Positions 15,522 to 25,503 of a stretch of 64,000 bases of DNA are shown piece after piece. The position numbers and the translations under genes are program-made. The notes beneath the pieces were generated by a model. The model was not told where the DNA came from and ran no database searches. It was given only the letters and a program-made list of their open reading frames with translations. Source of the stretch: Prochlorococcus sp. AG-355-N18 (GTDB taxonomy: Bacteria > Cyanobacteriota > Cyanobacteriia > PCC-6307 > Cyanobiaceae); contig QCEG01000003.1 of assembly GCA_003278535.1 (NCBI GenBank), forward strand, positions 43,974 through 107,973. Direction: 5' to 3'. The number at the start of each line of letters is the position of its first letter. The stretch's first letter is position 1.

Positions 15522-15749
15522 TTATGAAATCCAACCTGCGCTAAGAATAATTGCCAGAGACAAAAATATCACTAAAAAAGTCCAAGTTATTTTGTTTAGA
15601 GAGGCTTCTGCACTACTTGCGCTGTTAAACATAGAGCTTCCACTGGCGGCTATCCCTCCCATCCCATCACCTTTGGGGCTATGAAGTAAAACTAAGAGAA
15701 TAAGAAGAACTCCAGAAAATACCCAAATCCAACTAATAATTTGAATCAT
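15522..15749 (-). CDS. secG: Preprotein translocase subunit SecG
   Basis: 75 aa. Two TM helices flank a Gly/Ser-rich loop (HSPKGDGMGGI..SGSS). Confidence 0.8.
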   Translation of the reverse strand: MIQIISWIWVFSGVLLILLVLLHSPKGDGMGGIAASGSSMFNSASSAEASLNKITWTFLVIFLSLAIILSAGWIS

Positions 15750-15772
15750 GGTTTAAAAAACTTTTATTAACT

Positions 15773-17428
15773 TTAAACGTGTTGAACGACTTTATTATAA
15801 CCCTTTAATTCAATTTCTTGAATGAGCGATTTGCCTGTCATTTCTCTAGGTATTGGGAGATTTAATAATTGCAATAAAGTGGGAGCAATATCTGCTAGGC
15901 CCGCGTTTTCTCTTAAATTAATTTCATTTCCCATATTTGGTATTTTTGTTTTTTCACCTTCAATCAAAATTAATGGAACTTTATTTATTGTGTGTGCTGT
16001 CCATGGTTCCCCTTCAGATCCCTTCATTACCTCTGCGTTACCATGATCGGCTGTAATAACAATGCTTCCGCCCATTTCTCCAGTAGCATTAACTATTTGA
16101 CCTATACATTTATCTACTTTTTCTATAGCTTTAATTGTTGCATTCATGTTGCCTGTATGACCAACCATATCAGGATTAGCAAAATTGATTACAACAAAAG
16201 CATAATTCCCGCTTTTAATTGCTTTAGAGCAACTAATAGTTAATTCCTCCGCAGACATTTCTGGTTCCATATCATAAGTTGCGACTCTTGGAGATGGAAC
16301 TAAATGTCTCTCTTCTCCAGGTAAAGGTATTTCAACTCCTCCATTAAAAAAGTATGTTACATGAGGATATTTTTCGGTTTCCGCGGTTCTATATTGTTTA
16401 AGTCCGTTTTCTGAAACTATTTGGCCTATAAAGTTATTGAGTGATTCAGGAGGAAATGCAACTTTAACGGGAAAGTTAGGATCATATTGAGTAAAAGTAA
16501 CAAAATCTAGATTTGGATAATTTTTTCTTTCAAAGTCTGAGAATCCCTTGATCGAAAGGGATTTGACTATTTGTCTTGCCCTGTCTGGACGAAAGTTAAA
16601 GCAAATTAAACTATCCCCATCTTTTAGATAGTTTTCAGACATTCGTATAGGCTCTATAAATTCATCGGTTATGTTTTTGGTATAACTTTTTTCTATATAA
16701 TCCTTGGGAGAAATATTTGTTATTTGAATGTCTGGATCGGTCAAATTAGAGTATGCTTTTTCTGTTCTATCCCATAAAAGATTTCTATCCATTATCCAGT
16801 ATCTACCGCATATGGAAGCTATTTCACCTACGTTAAATTTTTTTATACATGACTCTATTTGATTTAAATATTTCGAGGCACTTTTTGCAGGAGTATCTCT
16901 TCCATCAGTAATAATATGGATTGCAACTTTTTTAAGTTTATTTTCAGATGCCCATTTTATTAAACCTAATAAATGATCGATATGACTATGAACTCCTCCA
17001 TCGGAACATAATCCTGTGATATGCAAAGTAGAATTATTTTTCTTTAATGAAGCAGCCATCTCTTTTAACTCATTGACCAAGCCTAATTGATTATTTTTTA
17101 CAATATTTGAAATCCTTACAAGTTCTTGTTGTATTATTCTTCCCGAACCAATGGTAAGATGCCCTACCTCTGAATTACCCATTTGACCATCTGGTAGTCC
17201 TACATCAGATCCACTAGCACTTATAAGGGTGTGGGGGTAAGCATGCCACAAGGAATCCATGATTGGCGTACTGGCACTTTTTATAGCATTATCTGATTTT
17301 TCTTTTCGATACCCCCATCCATCTAGTATTGCAAGAACTACTGGGCTCTGAGGAACACTTAATCTGTTTATATGTTTGCTGCTAATCTTTGACATATTTA
17401 GATCAAATTCATTGTTAACTGATCCCAC
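15773..17428 (-). CDS. gpmI: 2,3-bisphosphoglycerate-independent phosphoglycerate mutase
   Basis: 551-aa ORF (the true start may be an internal Met). Motifs ILDGWG, NSEVGH, ADHGNAE. Confidence 0.93.
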   Translation of the reverse strand: MGSVNNEFDLNMSKISSKHINRLSVPQSPVVLAILDGWGYRKEKSDNAIKSASTPIMDSLWHAYPHTLISASGSDVGLPDGQMGNSEVGHLTIGSGRIIQQELVRISNIVKNNQLGLVNELKEMAASLKKNNSTLHITGLCSDGGVHSHIDHLLGLIKWASENKLKKVAIHIITDGRDTPAKSASKYLNQIESCIKKFNVGEIASICGRYWIMDRNLLWDRTEKAYSNLTDPDIQITNISPKDYIEKSYTKNITDEFIEPIRMSENYLKDGDSLICFNFRPDRARQIVKSLSIKGFSDFERKNYPNLDFVTFTQYDPNFPVKVAFPPESLNNFIGQIVSENGLKQYRTAETEKYPHVTYFFNGGVEIPLPGEERHLVPSPRVATYDMEPEMSAEELTISCSKAIKSGNYAFVVINFANPDMVGHTGNMNATIKAIEKVDKCIGQIVNATGEMGGSIVITADHGNAEVMKGSEGEPWTAHTINKVPLILIEGEKTKIPNMGNEINLRENAGLADIAPTLLQLLNLPIPREMTGKSLIQEIELKGYNKVVQHV

Positions 17429-17532
17429 CTTAAATTTAGCTTCAAACGTTACTCTTTAACAATTTATATTAAACATAGTTAGCTTTTGCTAATTTATGAA
17501 AATGTTAGATTAATTTTATTTCTTGATAAATC

Positions 17533-18069
17533 ATGTCTAAGAAAACAAAAAAGATAGTAATTCTTACTGATGTTGAGCTTAGAAAAACTATTTCGCGTTT
17601 AACTTGCGAAATTATCGAAAAAGTAAAAAAACTGGATAATCTTCTATTGGTTGGCATCCCGACTAGAGGAATTGAGCTAACCGAAGTCCTAGAAAAGGAA
17701 TTATTTTCTAGAACAGGTTTTAGACTTAGAAAAGGAACTATTGATCCAACTTTTTATAGAGACGACCAAAATAGAGTTGGAACTCGCTTAATACAAGCTG
17801 CAGATATTCCAACTCCTATTGAGAAACAAGAAATTCTTTTAATAGATGATGTAATTTACACAGGTAGAACAATTAGAGCTGCAATGGATGCTTTATATTC
17901 ATGGGGTAGGCCTCAAAGAGTGATGTTATTGGTAATGGTAGATAGAGGTCATAGAGAATTACCTATTCAACCAGATTTTTGCGGCAAAAAAGTGCCAACT
18001 AGTAAAATTGAAAGTATTAGTTTACGTTTAAATAATGTTGATAATGAAGAAGGAGTTTTTCTTGAATAG
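17533..18069 (+). CDS. pyrR: Bifunctional pyrimidine operon regulator / uracil phosphoribosyltransferase
   Basis: 178 aa. PRPP-binding motif LLIDDVIYTGRTIRAA. Confidence 0.9.
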   Translation: MSKKTKKIVILTDVELRKTISRLTCEIIEKVKKLDNLLLVGIPTRGIELTEVLEKELFSRTGFRLRKGTIDPTFYRDDQNRVGTRLIQAADIPTPIEKQEILLIDDVIYTGRTIRAAMDALYSWGRPQRVMLLVMVDRGHRELPIQPDFCGKKVPTSKIESISLRLNNVDNEEGVFLE

Positions 18070-18076
18070 CTATCTT

Positions 18077-19645
18077 TCAGAAGATATTTCCTAAATTATA
18101 TTCTCCCAATAATTTATCTTTAATGTCAAAGCACTTCACTGATAAATCAGCGTTTTTTGTAATTTTAAAAAAAAGTTTTAAGGTGTCTTCTCCAATATTA
18201 GATTTATTTTTTAATGCTATTTGAAGTGGTTTTTTGTCCCATTTTATAATTTCCTCTTCATTTTGAATCTCTGATAACTTTGGTAATCCATTTTCAAAAA
18301 TAACATCATAAGCTCTTTCTTTGTGAGTCTCTCCAATTATTATTTCGAATATTTTTTGATTCTTTTTACTGGCTTGTAGGATCAGTTTAAAGGGTGTTTC
18401 AGTTGGCCATGTTTGACCTTTGCAAAAAATAGGATGCCAAAAGTGTTTTTGCTCTCTTTTATTAAATAATCTTATAGATAATCCTTTGTTTAATATGTCT
18501 TTAATTTTTACCCCTGGGGTCATTGCTAAAGCTCCCAAAGCTATTGATTCAATAGGTGGTGGCGACTTTATTTGAATTTTTGGAATTTTTTTTGTTATCC
18601 ATTCTTTAATCAATGGTATTTGAGTTCCTCCACCAACTAAAACAATTGCATTTAAGTCTTCAATTGTGCAAAATTTACCCCTTGCTTGATTTAATAAATC
18701 TTTTAGTAAAGAGCTAAGGTGTTTTAGAAGATTATTGGAAATGAGTATTTTCTCAAATATTTCTTTACTTAGATAAAATTCATTTTCCTTATTTTGTTCA
18801 GTAAATAATTTTATTGGATATTTATTTTCATATTTGATTACAGATGAGCTGAGTTTACATTTTATTTTTTCAGCCTTTGAAAGATTATTAATGCAATTAT
18901 TACCCGGAATAAAATATTCAACTATCCATTGATCAATATCTTTCCCACCAATTTTTGAGCCTGTTTTCCCAATTATCTCAGCACATCTTATTTTTTGTTT
19001 TGAAATCGAGCTTACATCATTACCTTTAAATTTTAATAGTTCAGCTATTGGACCAGATTTTCCTTCTCCTCCCTCTATTTTGACTATATTCATATCGACT
19101 GTACTTCCTCCAATATCTAATGTCATAATTTTTGAGCCAAATGGTACATTTATTCCTAAACTTGCAGCAGTAGGCTCATCAACAAGAGCTATTTCATCTA
19201 CAGAGATATCCTCACAAAGGTTAACTAACCATTTTCTGTAACCCTTGTAGGTATCAATAGGAGCAGTTAAAACAAGTCTTTTGATCTCATACTTGTGCGG
19301 AATGTTTGCCCACAAAATTTGAAAAAATTTTTCGCCACATTCATTAGGGTTTAAAATATTTTTTTTGTTATATTTTTCAATAGAATTTCCGATTAATCTT
19401 TTAAAGTTCGAATGAAAAAATAAATCAGAATTTGAGTTATCCCTCATCTCTAGCGCACTAATACCAATTTTAGTAATCTTTGAAGATTCCTCGAACCAAA
19501 CTGCTGAAGGAATAACTCCCGGAGTTGATGTAATATTCGGTATTTCAACTAAAACAGAATTGATATCTTTTTGATCTTGAAAAGCTACAACGGTATTGGT
19601 GTTCCCTAAATCAATAGCAAGTGTTCCAGATAAACTTTCTTCCAT
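18077..19645 (-). CDS. Hsp70/actin-fold ATPase (DnaK-like paralog lacking canonical substrate-binding domain)
   Basis: 522 aa. Phosphate-1 AIDLGNTNT, DIGGSTVD, adenosine motif LVGGGTQIP. Confidence 0.8.
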   Translation of the reverse strand: MEESLSGTLAIDLGNTNTVVAFQDQKDINSVLVEIPNITSTPGVIPSAVWFEESSKITKIGISALEMRDNSNSDLFFHSNFKRLIGNSIEKYNKKNILNPNECGEKFFQILWANIPHKYEIKRLVLTAPIDTYKGYRKWLVNLCEDISVDEIALVDEPTAASLGINVPFGSKIMTLDIGGSTVDMNIVKIEGGEGKSGPIAELLKFKGNDVSSISKQKIRCAEIIGKTGSKIGGKDIDQWIVEYFIPGNNCINNLSKAEKIKCKLSSSVIKYENKYPIKLFTEQNKENEFYLSKEIFEKILISNNLLKHLSSLLKDLLNQARGKFCTIEDLNAIVLVGGGTQIPLIKEWITKKIPKIQIKSPPPIESIALGALAMTPGVKIKDILNKGLSIRLFNKREQKHFWHPIFCKGQTWPTETPFKLILQASKKNQKIFEIIIGETHKERAYDVIFENGLPKLSEIQNEEEIIKWDKKPLQIALKNKSNIGEDTLKLFFKITKNADLSVKCFDIKDKLLGEYNLGNIF

Positions 19646-19742
19646 ATGAAATTATTTAAATCAATTAAGTTCTTTTTGTAATTTATGTTTTGAAACGGTC
19701 GAATAAACTGTAAAATACATTCTATAGTAAAAAACTTTTTTA

Positions 19743-19979
19743 ATGAACACATCTAATAATGCAGGCATTGATTCTACTGATCTTGCAAAGAGAGGTGAGA
19801 GCTTGATAAGAAAATCAACTAATAGATATTTAACTACGGTGAAAATTGCTTTCAGAGCTAAACAAAGACGTTTTGATGATTTTGATGGCTTATTAGAAGA
19901 GTCAACTATTAAACCCGTTCAAAGGTCAATTATTGAACTAAGCGATGAACAAGATCAACCAGATTTACTTCCAGGCTAA
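19743..19979 (+). CDS. rpoZ: DNA-directed RNA polymerase omega subunit (cyanobacterial type)
   Basis: 78 aa. ...[18 protein letters not shown]...KPV.R.I.E.SDE resembles cyanobacterial RpoZ/Ycf61 as I recall it. Confidence 0.7.
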   Translation: MNTSNNAGIDSTDLAKRGESLIRKSTNRYLTTVKIAFRAKQRRFDDFDGLLEESTIKPVQRSIIELSDEQDQPDLLPG

Positions 19980-19981
19980 TT

Positions 19982-20353
19982 TTGGTAAAAGCCCAAAAAG
20001 AATGGAGATTACTTAGAGATTTTAAAAAAGGCAAGTTTTGCTTTTTGATTGGTGTTGATAATTGGTCAATCGAGTTACAAAAAAGTGAATTCTATTCACT
20101 TTATCTTTTACTTTTAAGAATTAATGAACAATTTTTAGTTATCAAGGATGAACTAATGGATGAAGAATCTATTACGTTGGAATTAGAACAACTTCCTTGG
20201 TATATACAGCTAGAGGGAAACAAAAATGAATGGAGTTTAAGGTTTGTTTTTGAAAGCCAAGACCAAACTAGATCCTTCGAAATGTATTGGCCGATACCAA
20301 TAGCGCAAAATTTATTTTATGAAATAAAAAACATGTGGGAATCAATGAATTAA
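19982..20353 (+). CDS. Conserved cyanobacterial hypothetical protein (DUF1818-like)
   Basis: 123-aa ORF with a TTG start 3 nt after the rpoZ stop. Family assignment is from memory only. Confidence 0.5.
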   Translation: MVKAQKEWRLLRDFKKGKFCFLIGVDNWSIELQKSEFYSLYLLLLRINEQFLVIKDELMDEESITLELEQLPWYIQLEGNKNEWSLRFVFESQDQTRSFEMYWPIPIAQNLFYEIKNMWESMN

Positions 20354-20664
20354 AAGATAAATAAAATTGGAAATTTTAGAAAATATTTCCCCCTCTAAAA
20401 AAAAATTTTTCACAACTTTTCCACAGTATATTTTTAAAAAATATCTGATGATCTAAAGCATGTGGAAAACTTCTGATTTTATATAAATCTTTATATTTAA
20501 GTAAGATTAAATTTTACAAAATTAATTTCAATGATCCCTGGCTTTACGACTGGATTCTCATTATTCTATGACCTGAGACTGTTTTTTATTAATGCTTGTT
20601 GACTATTTAATAATTTTAGAGAAAACTACATTTTGTAGATTTAAATTTCAACAAGTTTTTTAAT

Positions 20665-20916
20665 ATGCAAGAGTTAAATTACAACGAAAATTCAAAAGTA
20701 ATAAATCATAAAGATGAAGTAATAAGTTTCAAATGTGAACTTCAAGAAAATCTTCAAAAGGCTATGAAAGAATTTGTTGAGGAGCATCCTAACTGGGATC
20801 AATACAGGATAATACAAGCAGCTATTGCAGGATTTTTGATGCAAAAAGGATTTCAAAATAGGGATTTAACGAGACTGTATATTGGAAATATGTTTTCAAT
20901 GAATTTTAAGGACTAA
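20665..20916 (+). CDS. Conserved cyanobacterial hypothetical protein (DUF2811-like)
   Basis: 83 aa. ...HPNWDQYRIIQAAIAGFLMQ... motif. Confidence 0.5.
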   Translation: MQELNYNENSKVINHKDEVISFKCELQENLQKAMKEFVEEHPNWDQYRIIQAAIAGFLMQKGFQNRDLTRLYIGNMFSMNFKD

Positions 20917-20923
20917 AAATTTT

Positions 20924-21391
20924 TTATATTTTTTCTAGTAGTATTTTTGCAATATCATTTCTGACAGGTAATATCGATAACCTATTTCCTTTTTTTACAA
21001 CTAATAACTCATCCTCATTAAATAAAATCTTTAATTCAGGTAAACTTAAAATCTTATCTGACTTAGATTTATATTTCACTTTTACACAATCCCATCTTGG
21101 ATTATCAGGTTTCGATTTTGGATCAAAATATTTTGAATATTTATCAAATTGAGTAGGATCAACAATATTTAGATCTATTACCTCCATAAGTCCCACAATG
21201 CCTGGGGGTTTACAGTTCGAATGATAGAAAAAAACTTTATCCCCTTTTTTCATTTGTCTCATAAAATTTCGTGCCTGATAATTTCTTATTCCATCCCATA
21301 AAGTTACAACATCATTTTTTAAAGTATCTATGCTGTATGCGTCAGGTTCACTTTTCATTAGCCAGTAGTTTATTTTAGTCATAGCAATCAA
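20924..21391 (-). CDS. EVE (PUA-like) domain protein; last core gene before the island
   Basis: 155 aa. YWLMKSEPD.YSID.L......WDGIRNYQARNFMR.M..GD.VFFYHSN is a typical EVE/DUF55 N-terminus. Confidence 0.75.
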   Translation of the reverse strand: MIAMTKINYWLMKSEPDAYSIDTLKNDVVTLWDGIRNYQARNFMRQMKKGDKVFFYHSNCKPPGIVGLMEVIDLNIVDPTQFDKYSKYFDPKSKPDNPRWDCVKVKYKSKSDKILSLPELKILFNEDELLVVKKGNRLSILPVRNDIAKILLEKI

Positions 21392-21406
21392 TTAGAAGAT
21401 TATTAC

Positions 21407-21429
21407 AAAGTGTGGACGGGGTGTGGACA
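21407..21429 (+). repeat. Left copy of 23-bp direct repeat (putative att)
   Basis: Identical to 31740-31762. Lies 16 nt beyond the start codon of the EVE gene. Confidence 0.85.
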
Positions 21430-21597
21430 GAACCCCCTTTTTTTGTAGGAATTTGAACCCTATTCCTTTGATCTAATTTACCGTAAATAAATTAAACCTA
21501 AAAGTATATAGTTACAGATCGCTTGAGATACTTTTTATCTGTTCTCATTAATCTGTAGCTATTGAGAAGCCTAGTTATAGCTTGATTCTTGTTGCTT

Positions 21598-21630
21598 CTG
21601 TCCACACCTTTTTGTTAATCTGTCCACACC
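21598..21630 (-). promoter_or_regulatory. Two exact GGTGTGGACAG boxes (minus orientation) spaced 22 bp apart
   Basis: CTGTCCACACC at 21598-21608 and 21620-21630. The same 11-mer is on the plus strand at 21420-21430 inside the left repeat. Confidence 0.6.
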
Positions 21631-21698
21631 ACTAGGAAAGAAGTCAGTATATAACTAGCTTCAATAACGTCCTATACAAACCACGTATCAGAAGCAAA

Positions 21699-21878
21699 CT
21701 AAACTCTCATGCACCTTTCGAGCTGGTTGAGGAGGAGCTGGAGCTGCTTGTCGCTTAACCAGACTTGAATAGATTCATTACCTATCTCTCCTTGTACTTC
21801 ATAGTGTGGGAAGTGGACGAGATGTACTCTTTCCTTCTTCCCATGTTTAGTGTTAATAGTCTTTTCTACTGAAGTCAT
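21699..21878 (-). CDS. Small element-encoded hypothetical protein (59 aa)
   Basis: Internal Met of track ORF 21699..21914 gives an ATGA overlap with the stop of 21875..22195. GC-richer than its surroundings. Confidence 0.5.
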   Translation of the reverse strand: MTSVEKTINTKHGKKERVHLVHFPHYEVQGEIGNESIQVWLSDKQLQLLLNQLERCMRV

Positions 21879-22195
21879 TTGCTCTTCAAGAGGATAGCTC
21901 TTGCTTTGTTCCATCTATGCTCGAAAGACTCCTCTCTACTTGATTCTTCTATCTGATTTCCATACTCATCTACACCGTTGTAGTACACGCCTAGAACGTA
22001 CTCTACAAAGGGTTCAACGGCTTTCCTACTCTTAGATTTAAGAAGCTTTGTGAACGCTTCCATAGACCTCTGAAGCTTGTCACTCTGTAGGTTGTGAATC
22101 CATGAAGAACCTTGGTGATGGTAGATAAGAACCTTCACTACTTCGTCATAAGAAAGCCACGGATGAGCGTCTTTTATTTGTTGTGTTCTGTCCAT
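21875..22195 (-). CDS. Element-encoded hypothetical protein (106 aa)
   Basis: Track ORF with coding-like composition, translationally coupled to the downstream 59-aa ORF. Confidence 0.55.
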   Translation of the reverse strand: MDRTQQIKDAHPWLSYDEVVKVLIYHHQGSSWIHNLQSDKLQRSMEAFTKLLKSKSRKAVEPFVEYVLGVYYNGVDEYGNQIEESSREESFEHRWNKARAILLKSK

Positions 22196-22255
22196 TTGTT
22201 TAAGTTTTTATTGTTTAGTTATTTCTGTGTGATTTCGAGGGGTGGCATGGGGTCA

Positions 22256-22286
22256 ATGTGACCGTGCTACATCGTTATATGTGACC
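22256..22286. promoter_or_regulatory. Direct repeat ATGTGACC x2 (23-bp period) upstream of the 22195 operon
   Basis: ATGTGACC at 22256-22263 and 22279-22286, 60-90 nt upstream of the minus-strand start at 22195. Confidence 0.4.
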
Positions 22287-22307
22287 TGACAAATTTCTGT
22301 TGAAAAT

Positions 22308-22457
22308 TTACGGATACAACCTTTCAATAGCTTCTTTCTGCTCTTGCTTTTTTATCTCTTCAGCGTCTAAAACAGGGCAAGAGTTTTGATTCAGTGATGA
22401 GAGGAAAGTGCCTTTGCTGAATAGCTTGAACAGTGGTGGGAGAAGTAAGCGTTTCAT
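22308..22457 (-). CDS. Possible small ORF (49 aa)
   Basis: Hand-translated as MKRLLLPPLFKLFSKGTFLSSLNQNSCPVLDAEEIKKQEQKEAIERLYP*. No other support. Confidence 0.25.
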   Translation of the reverse strand: MKRLLLPPLFKLFSKGTFLSSLNQNSCPVLDAEEIKKQEQKEAIERLYP

Positions 22458-22476
22458 TTATTTAAGTAAATCAACA

Positions 22477-23472
22477 TTAGCATTTCCTTAGATTTTCTTT
22501 AGCCTCCTTGTTCCCATATTTTTTTGAAATTTTCCAATCCTTACATGCTTTTCTTCCATTTTTTTGATTTGCATTTTGAGCTAACCAGCTATATGCATTT
22601 CCTCTATATAAATGAAGGTTACCAAGGTTTAAAAAAACATCAAAACCCCTTTCGATCTCAAGCTTATTAGTCTCCTCCTGTGATGGAGCTAATTCAATAG
22701 ATTTTGAATAATCAAGAATAGCACTATTTAAAGTTTCTTTAGCAAGTTTTCTTTGATTATTATCTTTATACCAGAAATATAATTCAAATTTTATCCCTCC
22801 TATTTTTGCATAGCTATCGTATTTAACTCCAAATGGGAACAATCTTTTGATCATAAGATCCTTTTCATTACCTTTATTTGAAATGGATTTCTTAAAAAAT
22901 TCAATAGCTTCATTAGCTGATTTTATTGCCAAATTTGTCTTACCTTTATCGATTAAGTCATTTGAAAAATTAAAAAGATATTCTGCATATGCATAGTTTA
23001 TGTGAGGATTATTTGGAGATATTGCTAATGCTTTTTCCAAATCTTTTTTTGCAGCAGGATTATTTGACAAAGCCCAATTCGAAATACTACCTCTTACTGC
23101 ATAAGCAAATGCATATTGATCGTCAATTTCAATTGCTTTATTAAGATCGTTGATAGCATCTTTATGATTTTCTAAATCCCAAGAATAAATTACTGCCCTC
23201 AAAACATAAGATTCCTTAGAGTTTGCATTTTTTTCTAAATACTTATTTATTGCATTTAATGCTCCAGATGAATCCCCAGATTCAAAGAGAACTAAGGCAT
23301 TATCATATCCAGATATGAGAGATAAATTATTTCCCCCCCCAGACATACCTTCAATGCAACCTTTAAAGTCAGGGGCTTTCATACAGATTTCAGCAACTTT
23401 GGGATCTATATTTGCTTTAACAGCAGTAGGTAAAGCGAGAGCAGCTAGTAGCGGGAGTAGGAAGCTTTTCAT
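22477..23472 (-). CDS. Secreted TPR-repeat protein
   Basis: 331 aa. Signal peptide MKSFLLPLLAALALPTAVKA. Repeated A..Y/NLG..Y-type TPR motifs. Confidence 0.7.
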   Translation of the reverse strand: MKSFLLPLLAALALPTAVKANIDPKVAEICMKAPDFKGCIEGMSGGGNNLSLISGYDNALVLFESGDSSGALNAINKYLEKNANSKESYVLRAVIYSWDLENHKDAINDLNKAIEIDDQYAFAYAVRGSISNWALSNNPAAKKDLEKALAISPNNPHINYAYAEYLFNFSNDLIDKGKTNLAIKSANEAIEFFKKSISNKGNEKDLMIKRLFPFGVKYDSYAKIGGIKFELYFWYKDNNQRKLAKETLNSAILDYSKSIELAPSQEETNKLEIERGFDVFLNLGNLHLYRGNAYSWLAQNANQKNGRKACKDWKISKKYGNKEAKENLRKC

Positions 23473-23856
23473 TTATTCCCAAGTTTTCATATCAGTAGTT
23501 CCTTGTGATCTTTGCATCCAAGAATATTTCCAAGTACCATTTACATTTTTAAAAATGCAAGTGTAAGTTGAAAGATCTTTATTTTGATTCCCTTTATAAC
23601 TGAAGATTTCATTTAAAGTAAAAACTGCATAGGCTATTTCACCGTAAATTTCAATCTTGTGGGTTTTGATTAGTTCTGATGATTCTGCGACTAAATCTTT
23701 ACTATCAAACATTCCCACTAATCCCTTTGCAGAGATTGGATTTCCACTTGGTCTTACAGCTAAAAAATCCTCGGTTACGTTTGGTATTAGAAAAGAAGAA
23801 TCTTCACTGGTTGCATAACCATTAATTAAATCTTCTATGGCTTTAGTATTTGACAT
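23473..23856 (-). CDS. SnoaL/NTF2-like (DUF4440-like) small protein
   Basis: 127 aa. Its stop abuts the TPR gene start. A decayed paralog lies at 47668-48052. Confidence 0.55.
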   Translation of the reverse strand: MSNTKAIEDLINGYATSEDSSFLIPNVTEDFLAVRPSGNPISAKGLVGMFDSKDLVAESSELIKTHKIEIYGEIAYAVFTLNEIFSYKGNQNKDLSTYTCIFKNVNGTWKYSWMQRSQGTTDMKTWE

Positions 23857-23973
23857 TAATAATGGAACTAATTAACAGGCATGATAGTTATTAATCCAAG
23901 TAAGAACAATGTTGAATTAATGAGTCTTCATTTTTAGATTATTAGGCATGTAACCAACTGTTACTACGTACGA

Positions 23974-24049
23974 ATGTGGACATAAAATTTATAGTTTACC
24001 TTCACTAAAGGTATCGATGCTGATAATAAATAGTACCTATGTGGACAGG
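23974..24049 (+). promoter_or_regulatory. Two ATGTGGACA boxes in divergent intergenic region
   Basis: aATGTGGACAtAAAATTt (23974-) and tATGTGGACAggtAAAATTa (24039-), same orientation, about 65 bp apart. Confidence 0.5.
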
Positions 24050-24127
24050 TAAAATTAAAAGAAAAAACATCCCTTAAAGCATGTTATTGCAAGCTATTAT
24101 CTATTTAATTGTTTCACTTTAAATGAC

Positions 24128-24466
24128 ATGGCTAAGCACTACTTGATTGCAGTAGAAGATAAAGATGAGAAGCTATTTAGATTGTTTTGTGAGAAGAATT
24201 CTAAATATGCGATGGTAATAGGAAAAGAGACTACAAATGATCGTTTGGGGTTAGATCATTTGGTTTACATACTCAACTCAATTAGTAATCAAGTTGGAAA
24301 ATCTATAGGAATTAAAGAATGGGATAATTTAAGAAAATACTTGAAGAAAAAAGAAAAGCAATATTGTCCAGAGTTAGAAAACTATAGAGAATTTAAGTAT
24401 CAAAGTGATAAACAGTTTGATGATGATTTAGCTTTTCCAATGAATAAGAAAGTTTATCGTAGATGA
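24128..24466 (+). CDS. Hypothetical protein (112 aa)
   Basis: Track ORF with no recognisable domain. Confidence 0.45.
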   Translation: MAKHYLIAVEDKDEKLFRLFCEKNSKYAMVIGKETTNDRLGLDHLVYILNSISNQVGKSIGIKEWDNLRKYLKKKEKQYCPELENYREFKYQSDKQFDDDLAFPMNKKVYRR

Positions 24467-24473
24467 ATGATTA

Positions 24474-24731
24474 CTAATTGGTGAGTAGTTTGGAGTAACT
24501 AACCGGACTATATTTACTACGCTTGTTGTCTGTAACCCTTGTCTCGTATAAATCAGCCATTCCACTTGCTATATCTTGGCACTTAGTTAAGACTGCTGAT
24601 CTTACAAACGTGGATACATCTTCGTATCCTGCCGCACCCATGAGTGAAAGCATCGAATCATAAGCTTTTTCGTCAATTCTTGTTCCGACAATATACGCTC
24701 CGTGGTCTGGTTTCTTGTTGGCTTTAAACAT
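24474..24731 (-). CDS. Ribbon-helix-helix (CopG/Arc-like) DNA-binding protein
   Basis: Using the internal Met (MFKANKK...): beta strand GAYIVGTRIDEKAYDSM followed by helices ...GYEDVSTFVRSAVL fits the RHH pattern. Confidence 0.55.
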   Translation of the reverse strand: MFKANKKPDHGAYIVGTRIDEKAYDSMLSLMGAAGYEDVSTFVRSAVLTKCQDIASGMADLYETRVTDNKRSKYSPVSYSKLLTN

Positions 24732-24793
24732 ATAAGTGAATGAATAGAAAATAAAAAACACTGGTCTTACTCTTCCTTGGAAAATGCCAGTTT

Positions 24794-25450
24794 TTAGATA
24801 CCTACATAACTACGTTTCTCTTGTTGTCTCTTAAGACTCTCCTTCTTCTCCTCTCTCAACCTAATCTCATGAAATATCAACTCTCTAAGCCGTAGTTCGA
24901 GAGGTGATGGTTCATTACTTCTGCCTTCCACTAACTGAAGCTTGACCATAATAAGTAACTCATCCATGGATGGGTCTGCTTTGGTATGTTTCTTCGTGTC
25001 TAACTTCTTGCCTAGTGGATGCACTTTGTTTTTGAGATCATCTAAAGTTTTCTGGGAAACTTGCTCACCAATACTCCACAGAACCACAACATCATTGAAG
25101 TTAGCCTTAGCTAGTTGATATTGTTTAAACGTCCCGTGACTGTCAAACCATTTAAAGAATGTATCAGGCTCAGTACTGTGTAACTCCCTAAAAGCGTTTA
25201 CAGTCCTTAGCTTGCTGATATAACCCTTTGAAATACCTAATTCATCTAGAAATGGTTGAACGTATGTCTTGGCTTCTTTACTAGCAGTCTTCAACCACTC
25301 ACTATAGATAAAAGATATAGCTCCCTTAGATTCGTCATACTGTTGAAGATGAGGTTTAAGTTTTTGATTTAACTGTTTAAGTTCTTGAGTTGTTGGTTGA
25401 GATAGATGGGTTGTTGTCTGGATAAGTTCAATGTTTGTCATAGGTATCAA
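24794..25450 (-). CDS. HTH-containing protein adjacent to iteron array (candidate replication initiator/regulator)
   Basis: 218 aa. HTH-like LGISKGYISKLRTV and a basic coiled C-terminus. The start faces the repeats at 25486-26509. Confidence 0.5.
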   Translation of the reverse strand: MIPMTNIELIQTTTHLSQPTTQELKQLNQKLKPHLQQYDESKGAISFIYSEWLKTASKEAKTYVQPFLDELGISKGYISKLRTVNAFRELHSTEPDTFFKWFDSHGTFKQYQLAKANFNDVVVLWSIGEQVSQKTLDDLKNKVHPLGKKLDTKKHTKADPSMDELLIMVKLQLVEGRSNEPSPLELRLRELIFHEIRLREEKKESLKRQQEKRSYVGI

Positions 25451-25503
25451 TAGTGTTATTAATGTATGTCCGCGTTATTAGTAACTACCTAACCATCCAT
25501 GAA

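Noticed and set aside
15499-16243. Plus-strand ORFs 15499..15684, 15822..16046 and 15992..16243
   Set aside because: Antisense to secG and gpmI, with an implausible composition.
21440-21475. GGAATTTGAACCCTATTCC, which looks like a tRNA T-arm near the left junction
   Set aside because: The loop is 9 nt and no other tRNA elements can be built around it on either strand. At most it is a degraded remnant.
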